A stretch of DNA of 64,000 nt, from assembly GCA_913060875.1 (NCBI GenBank), contig CAJXSL010000001.1, forward strand, positions 576,464-640,463, written 5' to 3'. The notes below the pieces were generated by a model. The model was not told the DNA's origin. It searched no databases and was given only the letters and a program-made list of their open reading frames with translations. The DNA comes from an uncultured Desulfobacteraceae bacterium. Its GTDB lineage: Bacteria > Desulfobacterota > Desulfobacteria > Desulfobacterales > UBA5852. A program made the position numbers and the translations under genes. Position 1 is the stretch's first letter. Each line of letters begins with the position of its first letter. Below are positions 37,635-49,085 of the stretch, piece by piece.

Positions 37635-38795
37635 TCAAGACTCCGGCAACTGGGGAGCCGCCGGATCGGCATAGCGGACATGGATGTCGCGTTTGGGGTA
37701 GGGAATTTCAATTCCGGCCTGGTCAAAGGCTTCTTTGACATGGTCAATAACGAAGGAGATGGTATCCATGCGGCGGCGCGCATTCCGGATCCATACCCGC
37801 AGTTGCAGGTCCACGCTCGAATCACTGAAATTGCGGACGACCACCTTGGGAGCGGGTGATTCCGATATCCAGTCCATCTTGCGGGCGATCGCAATGATAA
37901 TGTCCTTGGCCCGCCGGATGTCTGCTTCATAGGCCACCCCAATGTTGATCCGGACGCGGATGAGGGAACTGATGATCGTATAATTGACGATATCGCGTTT
38001 CATGATTTCGTTATTGGGGATGATAATGACGATGTTGTCCGTGGTCTTGATTTTGGTTGCTCGCAGCCCGATATCGATGACATCGCCCCAGGAGGCACTG
38101 CCGGCCGGAGCGCTCCAGACCTCGATCCGGTCGCCGACTTCAAATGGGCGGTCAATGATCAGCAGGACGCCGGCAATCAGGTTGGACAGCGTATCCTTGG
38201 CGGCGAAGCCGATGGCGATGCCGGCCACGCCAGCGCCGGCAATAAACGGCATGACGTTGATGCCGACAATGTCCAGGGCCACAATAATGGCCGTAACATA
38301 GATAATCGCCCCGGCGAAACGGTTGAGAAGATCAAAGATGATATCATCTACTTTGTTGTCGGTGCGTTCGGCAACATTCTCCTCCAGGTAGCTCAGGGCT
38401 GTGACCAGCACCTCTTTGGCCGGCGCTGCCAGCATGACGATCAAAATCCCCTGGAATATTTTTTCCAAAAGATCCAGATTGAAAAGACGGGCGACATAGG
38501 TGCCGGCAACGATGACCAGACCATAGCGGACAGCTTTCTGTGCGGCCTTCCAGACATTTTCGTTTTCTTTGAAAAAGGGGTAGCGCAGAAGCCGTTGCCC
38601 CACCCGCTGAAGGAACCATTTCAGGAACAGTCCAAGCACCAGGACGCCAACCACGACCACGACGGTCTTGTAGGCCGCCAGGCCGTAGGGTGTTTCGGTT
38701 CCCGGGAGATTTTTAATCCACTGAAGCAAACGGTCGATTGCGGTCATAGGGCTTTCCGCCATGCCGCTCCCGGCATGCATTAGGCACCGGGGCAA
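37635..38795 (-). CDS. Mechanosensitive ion channel, MscS family
   Basis: TM helices followed by LIAGVLLIIDRPFEVGDRIEV (MscS pore/beta-domain signature). The start is uncertain: TTG 38795, or ATG at 38780, 38762 or 38747. Confidence 0.85.
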   Translation of the reverse strand: MPRCLMHAGSGMAESPMTAIDRLLQWIKNLPGTETPYGLAAYKTVVVVVGVLVLGLFLKWFLQRVGQRLLRYPFFKENENVWKAAQKAVRYGLVIVAGTYVARLFNLDLLEKIFQGILIVMLAAPAKEVLVTALSYLEENVAERTDNKVDDIIFDLLNRFAGAIIYVTAIIVALDIVGINVMPFIAGAGVAGIAIGFAAKDTLSNLIAGVLLIIDRPFEVGDRIEVWSAPAGSASWGDVIDIGLRATKIKTTDNIVIIIPNNEIMKRDIVNYTIISSLIRVRINIGVAYEADIRRAKDIIIAIARKMDWISESPAPKVVVRNFSDSSVDLQLRVWIRNARRRMDTISFVIDHVKEAFDQAGIEIPYPKRDIHVRYADPAAPQLPES

Positions 38796-38921
38796 GCATC
38801 TTTGTTGTTGATAAAGACTGTCAATTTGAATATCCCCGGCCTTGCGGAAGGAATGCAGGGCCCAGCCGCCGGCGGGGGGATGCGATCATCCGTCGGCGGC
38901 TCGGCCGGGTTGGGACAAGGG

Positions 38922-39698
38922 TTAAACCGCTTCCGAGGCGAAGCCGGCTTTCATGAATTCCCGGTTCAGTCGGGCAATGTTGACAATGGAAATTTCCTTG
39001 GGACAAACGGCTTCACATACACGGTGATTGGAGCAGTTGCCGAAAAGGAGGTCGTCCATTGTGTTGACCATCGCGATGGCCCGCTGGGCTGCTTCGGGTT
39101 GCCCCTGGGGCAGCAGGGCCAGCTGGGATACCTTGGCGCTGACAAACAACATGGCGGAAGCGTTCGGGCAGGCCGCCACGCAGGCCCCGCACCCGATGCA
39201 GGCCGCGGCATCCATGGCCTTCTCCGCTACTTCCATGGGAACGGGCAGGGCATTGGCATCCTGGGGTGATCCCGTATTCACGGAAACATAGCCGCCGGCC
39301 TGAATGATTTTATCCAGGGGGCTGCGATCGACCATCAGGTCTTTGATGACCTTGAAGGCCCGGGCCCGCCAGGGCTCGATGGCAATGACATCGCCGTCAT
39401 TGAATTTACGCATGTGCAGTTGGCAGAGGGTCATGGCTTTTTGGGGGCCATGGGCAATGCCGTCGACAACGCAGCCGCACATGCCGCAGATGCCTTCGCG
39501 GCAATCGTTGTCGAAGGCGATGGGGTCTTTGCCTTCATGGGTCAGTTTTTCGTTGACCTGATCGAGCATTTCCAGAAACGACTCATGGGTTTCAACGTTC
39601 TGGACCGGTATGGTTTCAAAGCGGCCCTTGTCCTGGGGGCCTTTCTGGCGCCAGACTTTCAGCGTTATATTGATGGTGTGCTCTCCCGTCGTTGTCAC
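38922..39698 (-). CDS. sdhB: Succinate dehydrogenase / fumarate reductase iron-sulfur subunit
   Basis: Cluster motifs [22 protein letters not shown] and [12 protein letters not shown]. Confidence 0.9.
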   Translation of the reverse strand: MTTTGEHTINITLKVWRQKGPQDKGRFETIPVQNVETHESFLEMLDQVNEKLTHEGKDPIAFDNDCREGICGMCGCVVDGIAHGPQKAMTLCQLHMRKFNDGDVIAIEPWRARAFKVIKDLMVDRSPLDKIIQAGGYVSVNTGSPQDANALPVPMEVAEKAMDAAACIGCGACVAACPNASAMLFVSAKVSQLALLPQGQPEAAQRAIAMVNTMDDLLFGNCSNHRVCEAVCPKEISIVNIARLNREFMKAGFASEAV

Positions 39699-41608
39699 TT
39701 GTAGCTCCTTTGCGTTAATTCGACATTCTCAAAAACCAGAGGCTCTTTGTGAAACTTCGGCGTGTTGCCGTAGCCATCGTATTCCCAGGCGGCGACGTGG
39801 CAGTAATTGTCATCGTCACGCTTGGCTTCGTTTTCTTCCGTCTGGTGTTCCTCCCGGAGATGGCATCCACAGGACTCGTCCCGCTCCAGGGCGTCCAAGG
39901 CCATGACCTCGGCGAACTCCAGAAAATCAGCCAATCGTCCCGCCTTCTGGAGGCTGAGGTTGTAATCGGAGGCCGTACCCGGCACCTTCACATCCTGCCA
40001 GAATTCTTCGCGCAGGCTTTTGATCTCTTCAATGGCCTGTTTGAGGCCGGCGGCGTTGCGGGCCATGCCCACGTTTTCCACCATGATTTTGCCGAGCTTG
40101 ACGTGAATTTCACGCACCGTCTGATTGCCGTTGATGGCCAGCAGCTTCTGATCCTGCTCCGTGGCTTTCTGGGCGGCATCGTGAAAGGCCTGGTGATCGG
40201 CAGTGACTTCCGACACACCGTTGGTGGCCAGGTAAGGACCGATGGTGTAGGGGATGACGAAGTACCCGTCCGCCAGACCCTGCATGAGCGCGCTGGCCCC
40301 CAGGCGGTTGGCCCCGTGATCGGAGAAATTGCTCTCGCCCAGGGAAAACAGCCCGGGAATGGTGGTCTGCAATTCGTAGTCCACCCAGAGGCCGCCCATG
40401 GTGTAGTGGGAGGCCGGGTAGATCATCATGGGGGTTTCGTAAGGGTTGTCATCCGTGATGTTCTGATACATGTCGAAGAGATTGCCGTATTTGCGGCGGA
40501 TAACATCCTGGCCGTCCCGTTTGATGGCGTCGGCAAAGTCCAGGTAAACCGCGTAGCCGGTGGGGCCGACCCCGCGACCGGCGTCGCACTGCTCCTTGGC
40601 ATTGCGGCTGGCCACATCCCGCGGCACCAGGTTGCCGAAGCTGGGGTATTTTTCTTCCAGGAAATAGCTGCGGTCTTCTTCGGGGATCTGGTTCGGGCGA
40701 CGGCTGTCGGTTGGGTCTTTGGGCACCCAGACCCGGCCGTCATTCCGCAGGCTCTCACTCATCAACGTCAGCTTGGCCTGGTAGTCGCTGGTATGGGGGA
40801 TACAGGTCGGGTGGATTTGCGTAAAACACGGGTTGGCGAAAAGCGCCCCCTTTTTGTAGGCTTTAAACGCGGCCCCGACGTTGCAGGAGTCGGCGTTGGT
40901 GGAGAGGTAGAACACCGTGCCGTAGCCGCCGGTGGCCAGGACGACCGCGTCGGCGGCATAGCGTTCCATCTCCCCCGTGATGAGGTTGCGGACGATGATG
41001 CCCCGGGCTTTGTCCTGAACGATGACGATGTCCACCAGTTCGCGGCGGGTGAACATCTGGACTTTGCCGGCGCCGATCTGTCGGGAAAGGGCGCCGTAGG
41101 CCCCCAGGAGAAGCTGCTGGCCGGTTTGTCCGCGGGCATAGAAGGTGCGCGATACCTGGGCGCCGCCAAAGCTGCGGTTGGCCAGCATGCCGCCGTATTC
41201 CCGTGCAAAGGGAACGCCCTGGGCGACGCATTGGTCGATGATATTGTTGCTCACCTGGGCCAGGCGGTAGACATTGGCCTCACGGGCGCGGAAATCGCCC
41301 CCTTTGACAGTGTCGTAAAACAGGCGCCAGATGCTGTCGCCGTCGTTGGGGTAATTTTTGGCGGCATTGATGCCGCCCTGGGCGGCAATGCTGTGCGCCC
41401 GGCGCGGACTGTCCTGGATACAGAACGCTTTGACATCATATCCCAGTTCCGCCAGGGATGCGGATGCCGATGCGCCGGCCAGGCCGGTGCCCACGACAAT
41501 GATCGAATATTTACGCTTATTGGCCGGGTTAACCAGTTTTGTTTCAAAGCGGTATTTGTCCCATTTGTTCTGGAGCGGACCGCTAGGGGTTTTTCCATCC
41601 AGCTGCAT
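39695..41608 (-). CDS. sdhA: Succinate dehydrogenase / fumarate reductase flavoprotein subunit
   Basis: FAD motif [11 protein letters not shown], covalent-FAD His region [14 protein letters not shown], 637 aa. Confidence 0.93.
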   Translation of the reverse strand: MQLDGKTPSGPLQNKWDKYRFETKLVNPANKRKYSIIVVGTGLAGASASASLAELGYDVKAFCIQDSPRRAHSIAAQGGINAAKNYPNDGDSIWRLFYDTVKGGDFRAREANVYRLAQVSNNIIDQCVAQGVPFAREYGGMLANRSFGGAQVSRTFYARGQTGQQLLLGAYGALSRQIGAGKVQMFTRRELVDIVIVQDKARGIIVRNLITGEMERYAADAVVLATGGYGTVFYLSTNADSCNVGAAFKAYKKGALFANPCFTQIHPTCIPHTSDYQAKLTLMSESLRNDGRVWVPKDPTDSRRPNQIPEEDRSYFLEEKYPSFGNLVPRDVASRNAKEQCDAGRGVGPTGYAVYLDFADAIKRDGQDVIRRKYGNLFDMYQNITDDNPYETPMMIYPASHYTMGGLWVDYELQTTIPGLFSLGESNFSDHGANRLGASALMQGLADGYFVIPYTIGPYLATNGVSEVTADHQAFHDAAQKATEQDQKLLAINGNQTVREIHVKLGKIMVENVGMARNAAGLKQAIEEIKSLREEFWQDVKVPGTASDYNLSLQKAGRLADFLEFAEVMALDALERDESCGCHLREEHQTEENEAKRDDDNYCHVAAWEYDGYGNTPKFHKEPLVFENVELTQRSYK

Positions 41609-41619
41609 TGACGTCCTCC

Positions 41620-42300
41620 TTAGGCGATAAACGAAAGGTAAATCGGCAGAAACCCGAATCCCAAGCCGAACACCAGGCTGAGAATCAACCCACCCGCATT
41701 GATGGCAGGCATGTATTTCGGATGGTTCAGGCCGAAGGTCTGAAACAGGCTCCAGAAGCCGTGGCTGACATGCAATGCGACAATGATCATGGCCAGCACG
41801 TACAGACCGACATAGACCGGGTTCTGAAAAGAGGTGGATACGATCTGGTAAATGGTCGTACCGCCCTGGTCCACAAAGAACCGGCTGAAATTGGTCAAAT
41901 GAAAGATAATAAACAATAGAATCAACAATCCCGTGTAAGGCATGGTGGCCGAACCAATGGTTTTGCCGCCGGGGTTGCGATTGACGGCATACCGGTTGGG
42001 GCGGGCTTGAAAGTTCTGCCAGAAGAGAATCAATCCGGCCAGGACGTGGGTCAGAAACAGTCCCAGTAAGCCGAGTTCCGCGACCCCCAGAAGGGGACCC
42101 AGGGCATGCAGATGTTCGGCATAACTGTTGAAAGCATCTGCCCCGGCATAGATGGACAGATTGCCGGCCAGATGGACCACAAGAAAGCCGATGAAACTCA
42201 GGCCGGTGGCCGCCATCATCAGCTTCTTACCGATGGATGAACCGAGGGTTGCTGTCAACCATTTCATTGTTTGCAATTTCTCCAAACGTTTGGGGTTCAA
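41620..42300 (-). CDS. sdhC: Succinate dehydrogenase / fumarate reductase dihaem cytochrome b subunit (type B)
   Basis: 226-aa polytopic membrane protein with conserved His residues in TM helices. First gene of the sdhCAB order. Confidence 0.75.
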   Translation of the reverse strand: MNPKRLEKLQTMKWLTATLGSSIGKKLMMAATGLSFIGFLVVHLAGNLSIYAGADAFNSYAEHLHALGPLLGVAELGLLGLFLTHVLAGLILFWQNFQARPNRYAVNRNPGGKTIGSATMPYTGLLILLFIIFHLTNFSRFFVDQGGTTIYQIVSTSFQNPVYVGLYVLAMIIVALHVSHGFWSLFQTFGLNHPKYMPAINAGGLILSLVFGLGFGFLPIYLSFIA

Positions 42301-42539
42301 GGGGATATAACGGGTAAGCCGACTTCAGCTTCAAACCCGCCGCTGCAGCGGAGACACCTGTCTTTATCGATCCGGTTGGTACGTTTTGAAAAATAGGAAG
42401 GGCATATGCATGCGGATGGAGGCCAGGCGTTTATCGGGTTGACGGGGGTCTGAAGCATGATTTCCTGCCTGCCGGGCCGTTTGGTGGCTTTTTAGTGCAG
42501 CCCTCAAATTCCGACAATTTAATAAACAAGATTCAACCT

Positions 42540-43193
42540 CTATTTGGTCTGCTCCGATCTGTCAATAAATTTTTGGCGCCACCACTGGTCCGAAGGCTCT
42601 GTCAAAATGGCCTCCGCCAGCGCTTGTCCGAAATCGGTTCGCAACCGTTGGCGGACATTGGGTATCCAGGTCGGCGGTGCCGCATGTCCCATATCCGCCA
42701 GGTGTTTGAGCTCGATCAAAAACGACAGCTGATCGGCATCATGGGCCAGTTGTGCTTCAAGTGTTTCCGCCCGGTTGAATTCATCCATCAGGTCTTTTAG
42801 CGCCTCACCAAAGGGAAGGCCAGCGACCATTTCGTCGACCGCCGCCTCTTCGTCGGCCCGGAGGTAGAATTTTTGAACGTAGTTCAAATCGCCAATCCGG
42901 GCCTCAGGTAAATCATGCACGAGACACAGGGTCATCAGTTTGCGGGCATCGGCCTGAGGCACCATGTGGCTGAGTACGTAGGCGATAAACGTGGTGGTAA
43001 AGGTATGTTCAGCGACCGATTCGCGGCCGGATCCCAAAAATTGATATCCGGAGCGGGGCAGACGCTTAAGGCTGTGGGCTTCAAACAACAACTGGGCGAT
43101 ACGTTCCATAAAGTTGGCGTCTCCTTGGCCGGGGGATGGCGGTTCCATTGGGTTTGAGGCCGCTTGCAATGCCTGCCGGCCGGGTGTGGTCAT
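42540..43193 (-). CDS. HD-domain phosphohydrolase (YfbR-like)
   Basis: ESVAEHTF ... LVHDLPEARIGD (H...HD...D metal-binding pattern). The true start may be the internal MERIAQLL. Confidence 0.75.
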   Translation of the reverse strand: MTTPGRQALQAASNPMEPPSPGQGDANFMERIAQLLFEAHSLKRLPRSGYQFLGSGRESVAEHTFTTTFIAYVLSHMVPQADARKLMTLCLVHDLPEARIGDLNYVQKFYLRADEEAAVDEMVAGLPFGEALKDLMDEFNRAETLEAQLAHDADQLSFLIELKHLADMGHAAPPTWIPNVRQRLRTDFGQALAEAILTEPSDQWWRQKFIDRSEQTK

Positions 43194-43533
43194 CGCAGGG
43201 ATGCGGTTAACATTCTATGCCGGGTGCTGTGTAATAAAATATACTTAACGCGGTCGCGCTCCCCATCTGAATCAGTCTTCGGGAGCGTTTCCACCCGGTT
43301 TCCGGTCTTTGTTCTATGGGGTGTCGCAAGGAAATGCAAGCGTTGCCGATTACCGGCGCGGGAAATGCATACCGTTCCCCCGGGGCTGTTCGACGTCAAT
43401 GGGGCGGCATCCGGGGCGTCAAACCGGTTGACACCTCAGGCCAATTTGGATAGCGTTCTTTCGTTTAAGCCGCCCAATTGTTCGGACAAACCAGGCCGAT
43501 GATTTCCGCAAACGACGACATTCGGAGTGATCA

Positions 43534-44262
43534 ATGAATTCCGCCAAACTGGATATTTTCTACATGGTGTTAAACGCTGGACCGGTGGTCCAGATGGTGT
43601 TGCTGCTGCTGGTCATGTTCTCCATTTCCTCCTGGGCCATCATTCTCATCAAGTACCGCTATATGCGACGCGCCTTTCGTGAATCGGCCCTGTTCATTGA
43701 ATTTTTTTGGAAAAGCCGTGATCTTACCGATGCCTTCGCCAAGTCCAAACAGTTGCAGGGCAGCCCGGTGGCACGCATTTTCCGCGTGGCGTACCTGGAA
43801 CTTCGCAAACTCAGCAAACAAGGGCCGGTCGCCGATGCTGACCAGCGAACAGCCGAAAGGGGCTCGCTGGGGGCGCGTTCGGGCGGCATCGACAATGTCA
43901 AACGGGCATTGCGGCGCGCCATCAATACCGAAACGACCCGCATGACCCAGATGGTGCCCTTTCTGGCCACAACCGGCAACACAACGCCGTTTATTGGTTT
44001 ATTCGGTACGGTATGGGGTATCATGAACTCCTTCCACGGCATCGGCCAGATGGGGTCGGCCAGCCTGGCCGTGGTGGCGCCCGGCATTTCCGAAGCCCTT
44101 GTGGCCACCGCCGTAGGGCTGGCCGCCGCCATTCCGGCGGTCATCGCGTTCAACTTTTTCATGAGTAAAATCCGCACCCTGGAATCCGAGTTGATCAGCT
44201 TCTCACAAGATTTTCTCAATGTCGTGGAGCGGGATATTTTCCGGCAGAGGGGAGGGCGCTGA
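43534..44262 (+). CDS. tolQ: Tol-Pal system protein TolQ (MotA/TolQ/ExbB proton channel)
   Basis: Three TM segments, conserved LATTGNTTPFIGLFGTVWGI and APGISEALVATAVGL. Confidence 0.88.
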   Translation: MNSAKLDIFYMVLNAGPVVQMVLLLLVMFSISSWAIILIKYRYMRRAFRESALFIEFFWKSRDLTDAFAKSKQLQGSPVARIFRVAYLELRKLSKQGPVADADQRTAERGSLGARSGGIDNVKRALRRAINTETTRMTQMVPFLATTGNTTPFIGLFGTVWGIMNSFHGIGQMGSASLAVVAPGISEALVATAVGLAAAIPAVIAFNFFMSKIRTLESELISFSQDFLNVVERDIFRQRGGR

Positions 44263-44687
44263 TGCAGATCGGGGGGCGTGACAGCGGTTTCATGGGGGAG
44301 ATCAACGTCACCCCTTTTGTGGATGTGATGCTGGTCTTGTTGATTATATTTATGGTAACCGCGCCGATGATGGTGGAGGGGGTCAATGTCGACCTGCCGG
44401 AAACCACCGCCCAGCCCCTGGAGTCGGAGAAGGAGCCGCTGGTGGTTTCGATCGACAAGGATGGGCAGGTTTTTATCAACGATTTCAAGACCGGTCGTGA
44501 CATATTTGCCACCAAACTTGGCAAGGTACTGGAGGCCCGCCAGGATCGAACCGTCTATCTCAAGGCCGACAAGACCATTCCCTATGGCGTTGTCATCCAG
44601 GTCATGTCCGACATCCGCAGCACGGGTGTGGCCAAGCTGGGTATGGTGACCCTGCCGGCAATGGAAAAGGGCGCTGATGAGAACTAA
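44262..44687 (+). CDS. tolR: Tol-Pal system protein TolR (ExbD/TolR)
   Basis: INVTPFVDVMLVLLIIFMVTAP with the conserved Asp. TGATG overlap with tolQ. Confidence 0.88.
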   Translation: MQIGGRDSGFMGEINVTPFVDVMLVLLIIFMVTAPMMVEGVNVDLPETTAQPLESEKEPLVVSIDKDGQVFINDFKTGRDIFATKLGKVLEARQDRTVYLKADKTIPYGVVIQVMSDIRSTGVAKLGMVTLPAMEKGADEN

Positions 44688-44707
44688 CGCGCACGAGCAG
44701 GCGGGCC

Positions 44708-45568
44708 ATGATTGACGGCCAACGGCTAACCATGGTGTTAGAGAACGGACAAAATACCCGCAGTGTGGCGGCCATGTTTGCCATTTCCGCATTGTGTCAT
44801 GCGGGCTTTTTTCTGCTGATGGTGTTCATGCCGGCATCGTTTTCATCTTCTTCTTTCCGGCGGCCTCCCGGGGCGATCAGTGTCGATCTGGTATCCCTGC
44901 CGGCCGCTGAACCTGCTCCGGCGGCTCCCGCGGCTACGGTTGCACCCCCGCCGGAAGTTGAGCAGGTATCACCGCCGCCCGAGGCGGTTCCCATTCCAGC
45001 CCCCAAACCGGACGCGGTGCCGATAAAACCTAAGCCCAAGCCTAAAAAAGTGGTCAAAGCGCTCAAAAAAAAGACCTATAAAAAGGACAAAGTCAAAAAG
45101 GCTGTGGTCCAGAAGCCCGCACCGCCGGCTGCCAAACCACGGCAAACAAAAGTGAAAAGTGCCATCGAGTCCATGCGCCGCAAAGTGGCGGATCAGGAAA
45201 AAGCCCGCACAGCTGCGGGAACCGGGGGAACGGGCACCGGCACCGGCGGTGGCGGCGGCGGGGCGGCTGTTTTGAGCCGCATTCAGAACTACAAGATCGA
45301 GGCGGCCATCGCGGTCAGTCAAAACTGGGCCTTTTCACGGCAACTGGCCGGTGCCGATGACCAGTTGGAGACAAAGATCACGTTTCGCATCCTGCCGAAT
45401 GGCGACATCACCGAAATCAAAATCGTACAGCCGTCGGGCAACCGCTATCTCGACGAATCCGCTTTTCGGGCTGTCCGGAAAGCCAGTCCGGTGGCGCCTC
45501 ATCCTGAAGGGGTGAATCGCCCCTATATCGAGGTCGGGGTTAAGGCGACCCCCTCCGGATTCCGTTAA
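44708..45568 (+). CDS. tolA: TolA-like cell-envelope integrity protein (TonB/TolA C-terminal domain)
   Basis: N-terminal TM anchor, Pro/Ala/Lys-rich linker and a TonB_C-like C-terminus. Positioned between tolR and tolB. Confidence 0.7.
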   Translation: MIDGQRLTMVLENGQNTRSVAAMFAISALCHAGFFLLMVFMPASFSSSSFRRPPGAISVDLVSLPAAEPAPAAPAATVAPPPEVEQVSPPPEAVPIPAPKPDAVPIKPKPKPKKVVKALKKKTYKKDKVKKAVVQKPAPPAAKPRQTKVKSAIESMRRKVADQEKARTAAGTGGTGTGTGGGGGGAAVLSRIQNYKIEAAIAVSQNWAFSRQLAGADDQLETKITFRILPNGDITEIKIVQPSGNRYLDESAFRAVRKASPVAPHPEGVNRPYIEVGVKATPSGFR

Positions 45569-45658
45569 TGTAAACGCTGACGCCGGGAGCTGACCGGTTT
45601 GATGCGGTTGGCCCTTTGGGGAATGTATCACCGACGCATAAATGAAAGAGAGATCTTC

Positions 45659-47011
45659 ATGATGGGTGTGATGTGCCGATTGAGTCGTTGCTTTTTCGTG
45701 GCGCTTTTGCTGTTGACCCTGACGTCCTTACCGGCCCGGGCCGTAGACGAATTTATTGAAATCAATCCCTTTTTGAAGAAAATTCCCCTCGCCATCCCGG
45801 ATTTCAAACCATTATCGCAGGGAGCGCCGACAGAGGAAACCTCCCAGAAATCGGCCCAGTTGCTGGCGGAAACGTTATTGTTTACGGGCTATTTTAAACT
45901 CCTGGACAAAGGCGCCTATCTGGAAGAACCTCGGGAATCCGGCATTACGGCGGCGAGTATCAATTTTCGCAACTGGACGGTGATCGGGGCGGAACTGCTC
46001 GTCACCGGCGGCATTCGCCGCTCCGCCGAGGCGGTGGAAATGGAACTGCGTCTTTTTGATACGTTCAAAGGCCAGTCGGTCCTTGGTAAACGGTATCGCG
46101 GGCGTTTGCAGGACACCCGGCGCATGGTCAGAAAATTTGCCAGTGAAGTCATTTTCTTCCTTACCGGCAATCGCGGTTTTTTCAACAGTGAAATTGCCTT
46201 TGTGTCAACCGGCACGGGCAACAAGGAGATCTACATTGCCGAGTTTGACGGCCGCAACCCGGCGCAGTTTACACGAACCCGGAATATTACGCTTTCTCCG
46301 GCCTGGTCGCCTGATGGCAAGTGGCTGGCCTACACGGCCTACCCCAAAAACCGGCCTTTTCTTTACGTCAAGCACCGACGCCATAAACGCGGCTATGAAA
46401 TCGGCAACAAGGGCCTGAACATCACACCGGCCTGGGTTCCCATGACTGCAATGCCAACTTCTCTTGAGGACATGCGCTTCGCCGCAACACTGTCCTTCAC
46501 CGGGGACCAGGAAATTTATCTGTTGACTGGAAAAGGGAAAATTATTAAAAGGTTGACGAAAAGTTGGGGCAGTGATGTCTCCCCGACCTGGGCCCCGGAT
46601 GGAAAGAAATTTGCCTTTGTTTCCAACCGTTCCGGGAATCCACAAGTCTATATCAAAAATTTAGATTCAGGACGTGTCGACCGGCTGACGTTTAAGGGGC
46701 GTTACAACACCCAGCCCAGTTGGTCCCCCAAGGGGGACAAGCTGGCCTATGCCGGAATGGAAGGTGGGCGCAACGATATTTTCGTTATTGGTTTCAACGG
46801 CCGTCCGCCGGTTCAGTTAACCCATGATACCGGCGGCAACGAGTCGCCCTCCTGGTCGCCGGATGGCAGTATGATCGCTTTTAGTTCTACCCGTGAAGGC
46901 CGTTCCCGCATTTACGTCATGACGGCTTTCGGAACCGACCAGCGCCGGTTGTTGACGCTGCCGGGCGAACAAACAAATCCCCAATGGTCGCCTAACAAGC
47001 ACCTTAACTAA
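45659..47011 (+). CDS. tolB: Tol-Pal system beta-propeller protein TolB
   Basis: Signal peptide. Repeated blades [55 protein letters not shown] 45659 preferred over 45599. Confidence 0.9.
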   Translation: MMGVMCRLSRCFFVALLLLTLTSLPARAVDEFIEINPFLKKIPLAIPDFKPLSQGAPTEETSQKSAQLLAETLLFTGYFKLLDKGAYLEEPRESGITAASINFRNWTVIGAELLVTGGIRRSAEAVEMELRLFDTFKGQSVLGKRYRGRLQDTRRMVRKFASEVIFFLTGNRGFFNSEIAFVSTGTGNKEIYIAEFDGRNPAQFTRTRNITLSPAWSPDGKWLAYTAYPKNRPFLYVKHRRHKRGYEIGNKGLNITPAWVPMTAMPTSLEDMRFAATLSFTGDQEIYLLTGKGKIIKRLTKSWGSDVSPTWAPDGKKFAFVSNRSGNPQVYIKNLDSGRVDRLTFKGRYNTQPSWSPKGDKLAYAGMEGGRNDIFVIGFNGRPPVQLTHDTGGNESPSWSPDGSMIAFSSTREGRSRIYVMTAFGTDQRRLLTLPGEQTNPQWSPNKHLN

Positions 47012-47039
47012 TGTGTTTTGGTTGTTGAAAGGAGGAAAA

Positions 47040-47576
47040 ATGCAAAGGAAATTATGGACGGTCCTGGCTCTGCTGGTGCTGGTACCTGGTTTAATGTTGA
47101 TGACATCGTGTGCCCAGCAGTCGGCGGTGGATCAAGATACCACCCAGAAGACCACGCCACCGGCGGACACGTCCGGAACGACTGACAGCGGGGCGGACCT
47201 GCAAGCCGACGCGGCTCAACGAGCGGCAGAACAGGCCATGAACCAATTCCTCAACGAGCACATCTACTACAGCTTTGACAGTGCCCAACTGTCGGCCATG
47301 GCGCAGGCCACCTTGAAGCGTAAAGCGGCATGGCTTCAGGCGAATGCCGATGCGACGGTCGCCATCGAAGGCCACTGCGACGAACGCGGCACCAATGAAT
47401 ACAACCTCGCCCTTGGGGAGCGCCGTGCCGAGAGTGCACGCGCTTACCTCGTGGACCTGGGAATTTCGGCTTCACGCCTTTCAACAATCAGTTACGGCGA
47501 AGAGCGGCCCCTGGATGCCCGCAGCACGGAAGAAGCATGGGCTAAGAATCGGCGCGGGCAGTTTAAATTGAGATAA
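47040..47576 (+). CDS. pal: Peptidoglycan-associated lipoprotein Pal (OmpA family)
   Basis: GGAGG RBS, lipobox LMTSC, and OmpA-like domain [22 protein letters not shown]. Confidence 0.9.
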   Translation: MQRKLWTVLALLVLVPGLMLMTSCAQQSAVDQDTTQKTTPPADTSGTTDSGADLQADAAQRAAEQAMNQFLNEHIYYSFDSAQLSAMAQATLKRKAAWLQANADATVAIEGHCDERGTNEYNLALGERRAESARAYLVDLGISASRLSTISYGEERPLDARSTEEAWAKNRRGQFKLR

Positions 47577-47654
47577 GCATGTGCCCGACCTCGGCACTGT
47601 GCTGCTCACGCTGCCCATGATACTGCCGAACAATGTTTCCGCAGAGTCTATCAT

Positions 47655-47688
47655 CTGCCCGCTGCTTTTCGGCGGGCAGATTTTTTTT
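47655..47688 (+). terminator. Rho-independent terminator after pal
   Basis: CTGCCCGC-TGCTTTTCG-GCGGGCAG followed by an 8-T run. Confidence 0.65.
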
Positions 47689-47725
47689 GCCTCGAATACC
47701 AACAACTGAAAACGGGAAAGACGTT

Positions 47726-48529
47726 ATGACCAAATCGTTGCTGTGCCTTACGGTTGGACTGGTATTGATGGCCGGTTGTGCGACACGACAAGACGCCATA
47801 ACTTTGGACAGACGAACGATCGCCCTGGAAAGACAATATGCCGATCTTGAGAAAAAATATACAGCCGTTCGCGAGGACCTCTCCAGCTTCGGTACCGACC
47901 GCGATGAAAAATACCAGTCCTTCAGTGACTATAAAGCCGAGATGCGGGCTGAATTTCAGCAGTTTAAAAAGGACTTGCAATTGATCAACGGCCGCCTGGA
48001 CGAAAGCGATCACCGCCTCAAACAGCATATCACGGATATGACGGCACGCCTCGATGCTTTTGACCTGCGCCTGGCCAAGTTCGATAAATATCTTGATGTC
48101 CAGACGGCTGCCGGTGGCGCTGCGGCGGGCGCCGCGATGAGCGGAGGTGCTGAGAAGACGTCCGGTGACATGGCCCTCTATGCCCAGGGGAAAAAAGCTT
48201 TCGATGGTGAAGATTACAAGGGCGCAAGGAAATCGTTCGAATCCCTTTTAAAAAAATATCCCCAATCCGACCAGGCCGACAACGCCCAATTTTGGATCGG
48301 GGAGACCTACTACCGGGAAAACTGGTACGAGAAGGCGATTCTCGAGTATCAGAAAGTTATCGAAAACTTTCCCACCGGGAACAAAGTCCCGGCGGCCTTG
48401 CTGAAACAGGGGATGGCGTTTCTCGAGCTGGGCGACCAGGAAAACGCACGGTTGATTTTCAAAGAATTGATCGATCGCTATCCCCGTTCGACCGAGGCCA
48501 AAATCGCCGCGCAGAAACTCAAACAGTAA
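47726..48529 (+). CDS. cpoB: Tol-Pal system protein CpoB/YbgF (coiled coil plus TPR)
   Basis: Lipobox-like LMAGC. N-terminal coiled coil. C-terminal TPR region YPQSDQADNAQFWIGETYY...FPTGNKVPAALLKQGMAF. Confidence 0.85.
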   Translation: MTKSLLCLTVGLVLMAGCATRQDAITLDRRTIALERQYADLEKKYTAVREDLSSFGTDRDEKYQSFSDYKAEMRAEFQQFKKDLQLINGRLDESDHRLKQHITDMTARLDAFDLRLAKFDKYLDVQTAAGGAAAGAAMSGGAEKTSGDMALYAQGKKAFDGEDYKGARKSFESLLKKYPQSDQADNAQFWIGETYYRENWYEKAILEYQKVIENFPTGNKVPAALLKQGMAFLELGDQENARLIFKELIDRYPRSTEAKIAAQKLKQ

Positions 48530-48562
48530 GCCAGGTGGTGCCATGAGCGGCAGATCTCCAGG

Positions 48563-49045
48563 TTGCCCATGAAAGTCTTCGGCATTGATCCCGGTCTTGC
48601 GGGCACGGGCATTGGTATCGTGCACGGGCAAGGCTTGCACGTCGATGGGTTTGCTTTCGGCAGCATTGCGACGGCTAAGAATGAAGAGCAGTCGCAGCGG
48701 CTCGAGAAAATTTACACCAAACTGCTGGGGTTGCTACGGAAAGAAATGCCGGACCTGATGGTGGTAGAAGATGTCTTTTCGCTGGAGAAATACCCCAAAT
48801 CCGGTATTTTGCTTGGTAAGGTCACCGGTGTCATTCTTCTGGCTGGCTGTCATATCAATGTACCGATCAAAGAGGTCCCGGTGCGGGAGGCCAAACAGGT
48901 CCTGACCGGCAACGGCAATGCCAGCAAGGCCCAGTTGGAAAAGGCGGTGCGGCACGCGTTGAAGCTGGATCGTCCGATTCGGCCGTTTCATGCTTCCGAT
49001 GCATTGGGACTGGCGCTTATCGGTCTTTTCCGGAACCGGGGTTGA
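48563..49045 (+). CDS. ruvC: Holliday junction resolvase RuvC
   Basis: VFGIDPGLAGTGIGIV (catalytic Asp) and C-terminal ASDALGLA. Confidence 0.92.
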   Translation: MPMKVFGIDPGLAGTGIGIVHGQGLHVDGFAFGSIATAKNEEQSQRLEKIYTKLLGLLRKEMPDLMVVEDVFSLEKYPKSGILLGKVTGVILLAGCHINVPIKEVPVREAKQVLTGNGNASKAQLEKAVRHALKLDRPIRPFHASDALGLALIGLFRNRG

Positions 49046-49085
49046 TAGGGTCGTTCCTCCATTCATCAGCCCATCACGAGATGCC

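Noticed and set aside
39749-41611. 620-aa ORF on the + strand
   Set aside because: It lies exactly antisense to the flavoprotein gene sdhA, whose translation is unmistakable. The antisense product is low-complexity (G/A/V/R-rich), as expected for shadow ORFs in GC-rich coding DNA.
43659-44792. 377-aa - strand ORF spanning tolQ and tolR
   Set aside because: Antisense to two well-supported genes. It crosses their boundary, which real genes on the opposite strand rarely do.
46431-46500. Aberrant second TolB blade ([23 protein letters not shown] instead of the PAWSPDG..LAF pattern), considered as a possible frameshift or pseudogene
   Set aside because: The reading frame is continuous, and the neighbouring blades and the C-terminus are intact. 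This is more likely natural divergence or a small insertion than gene decay.
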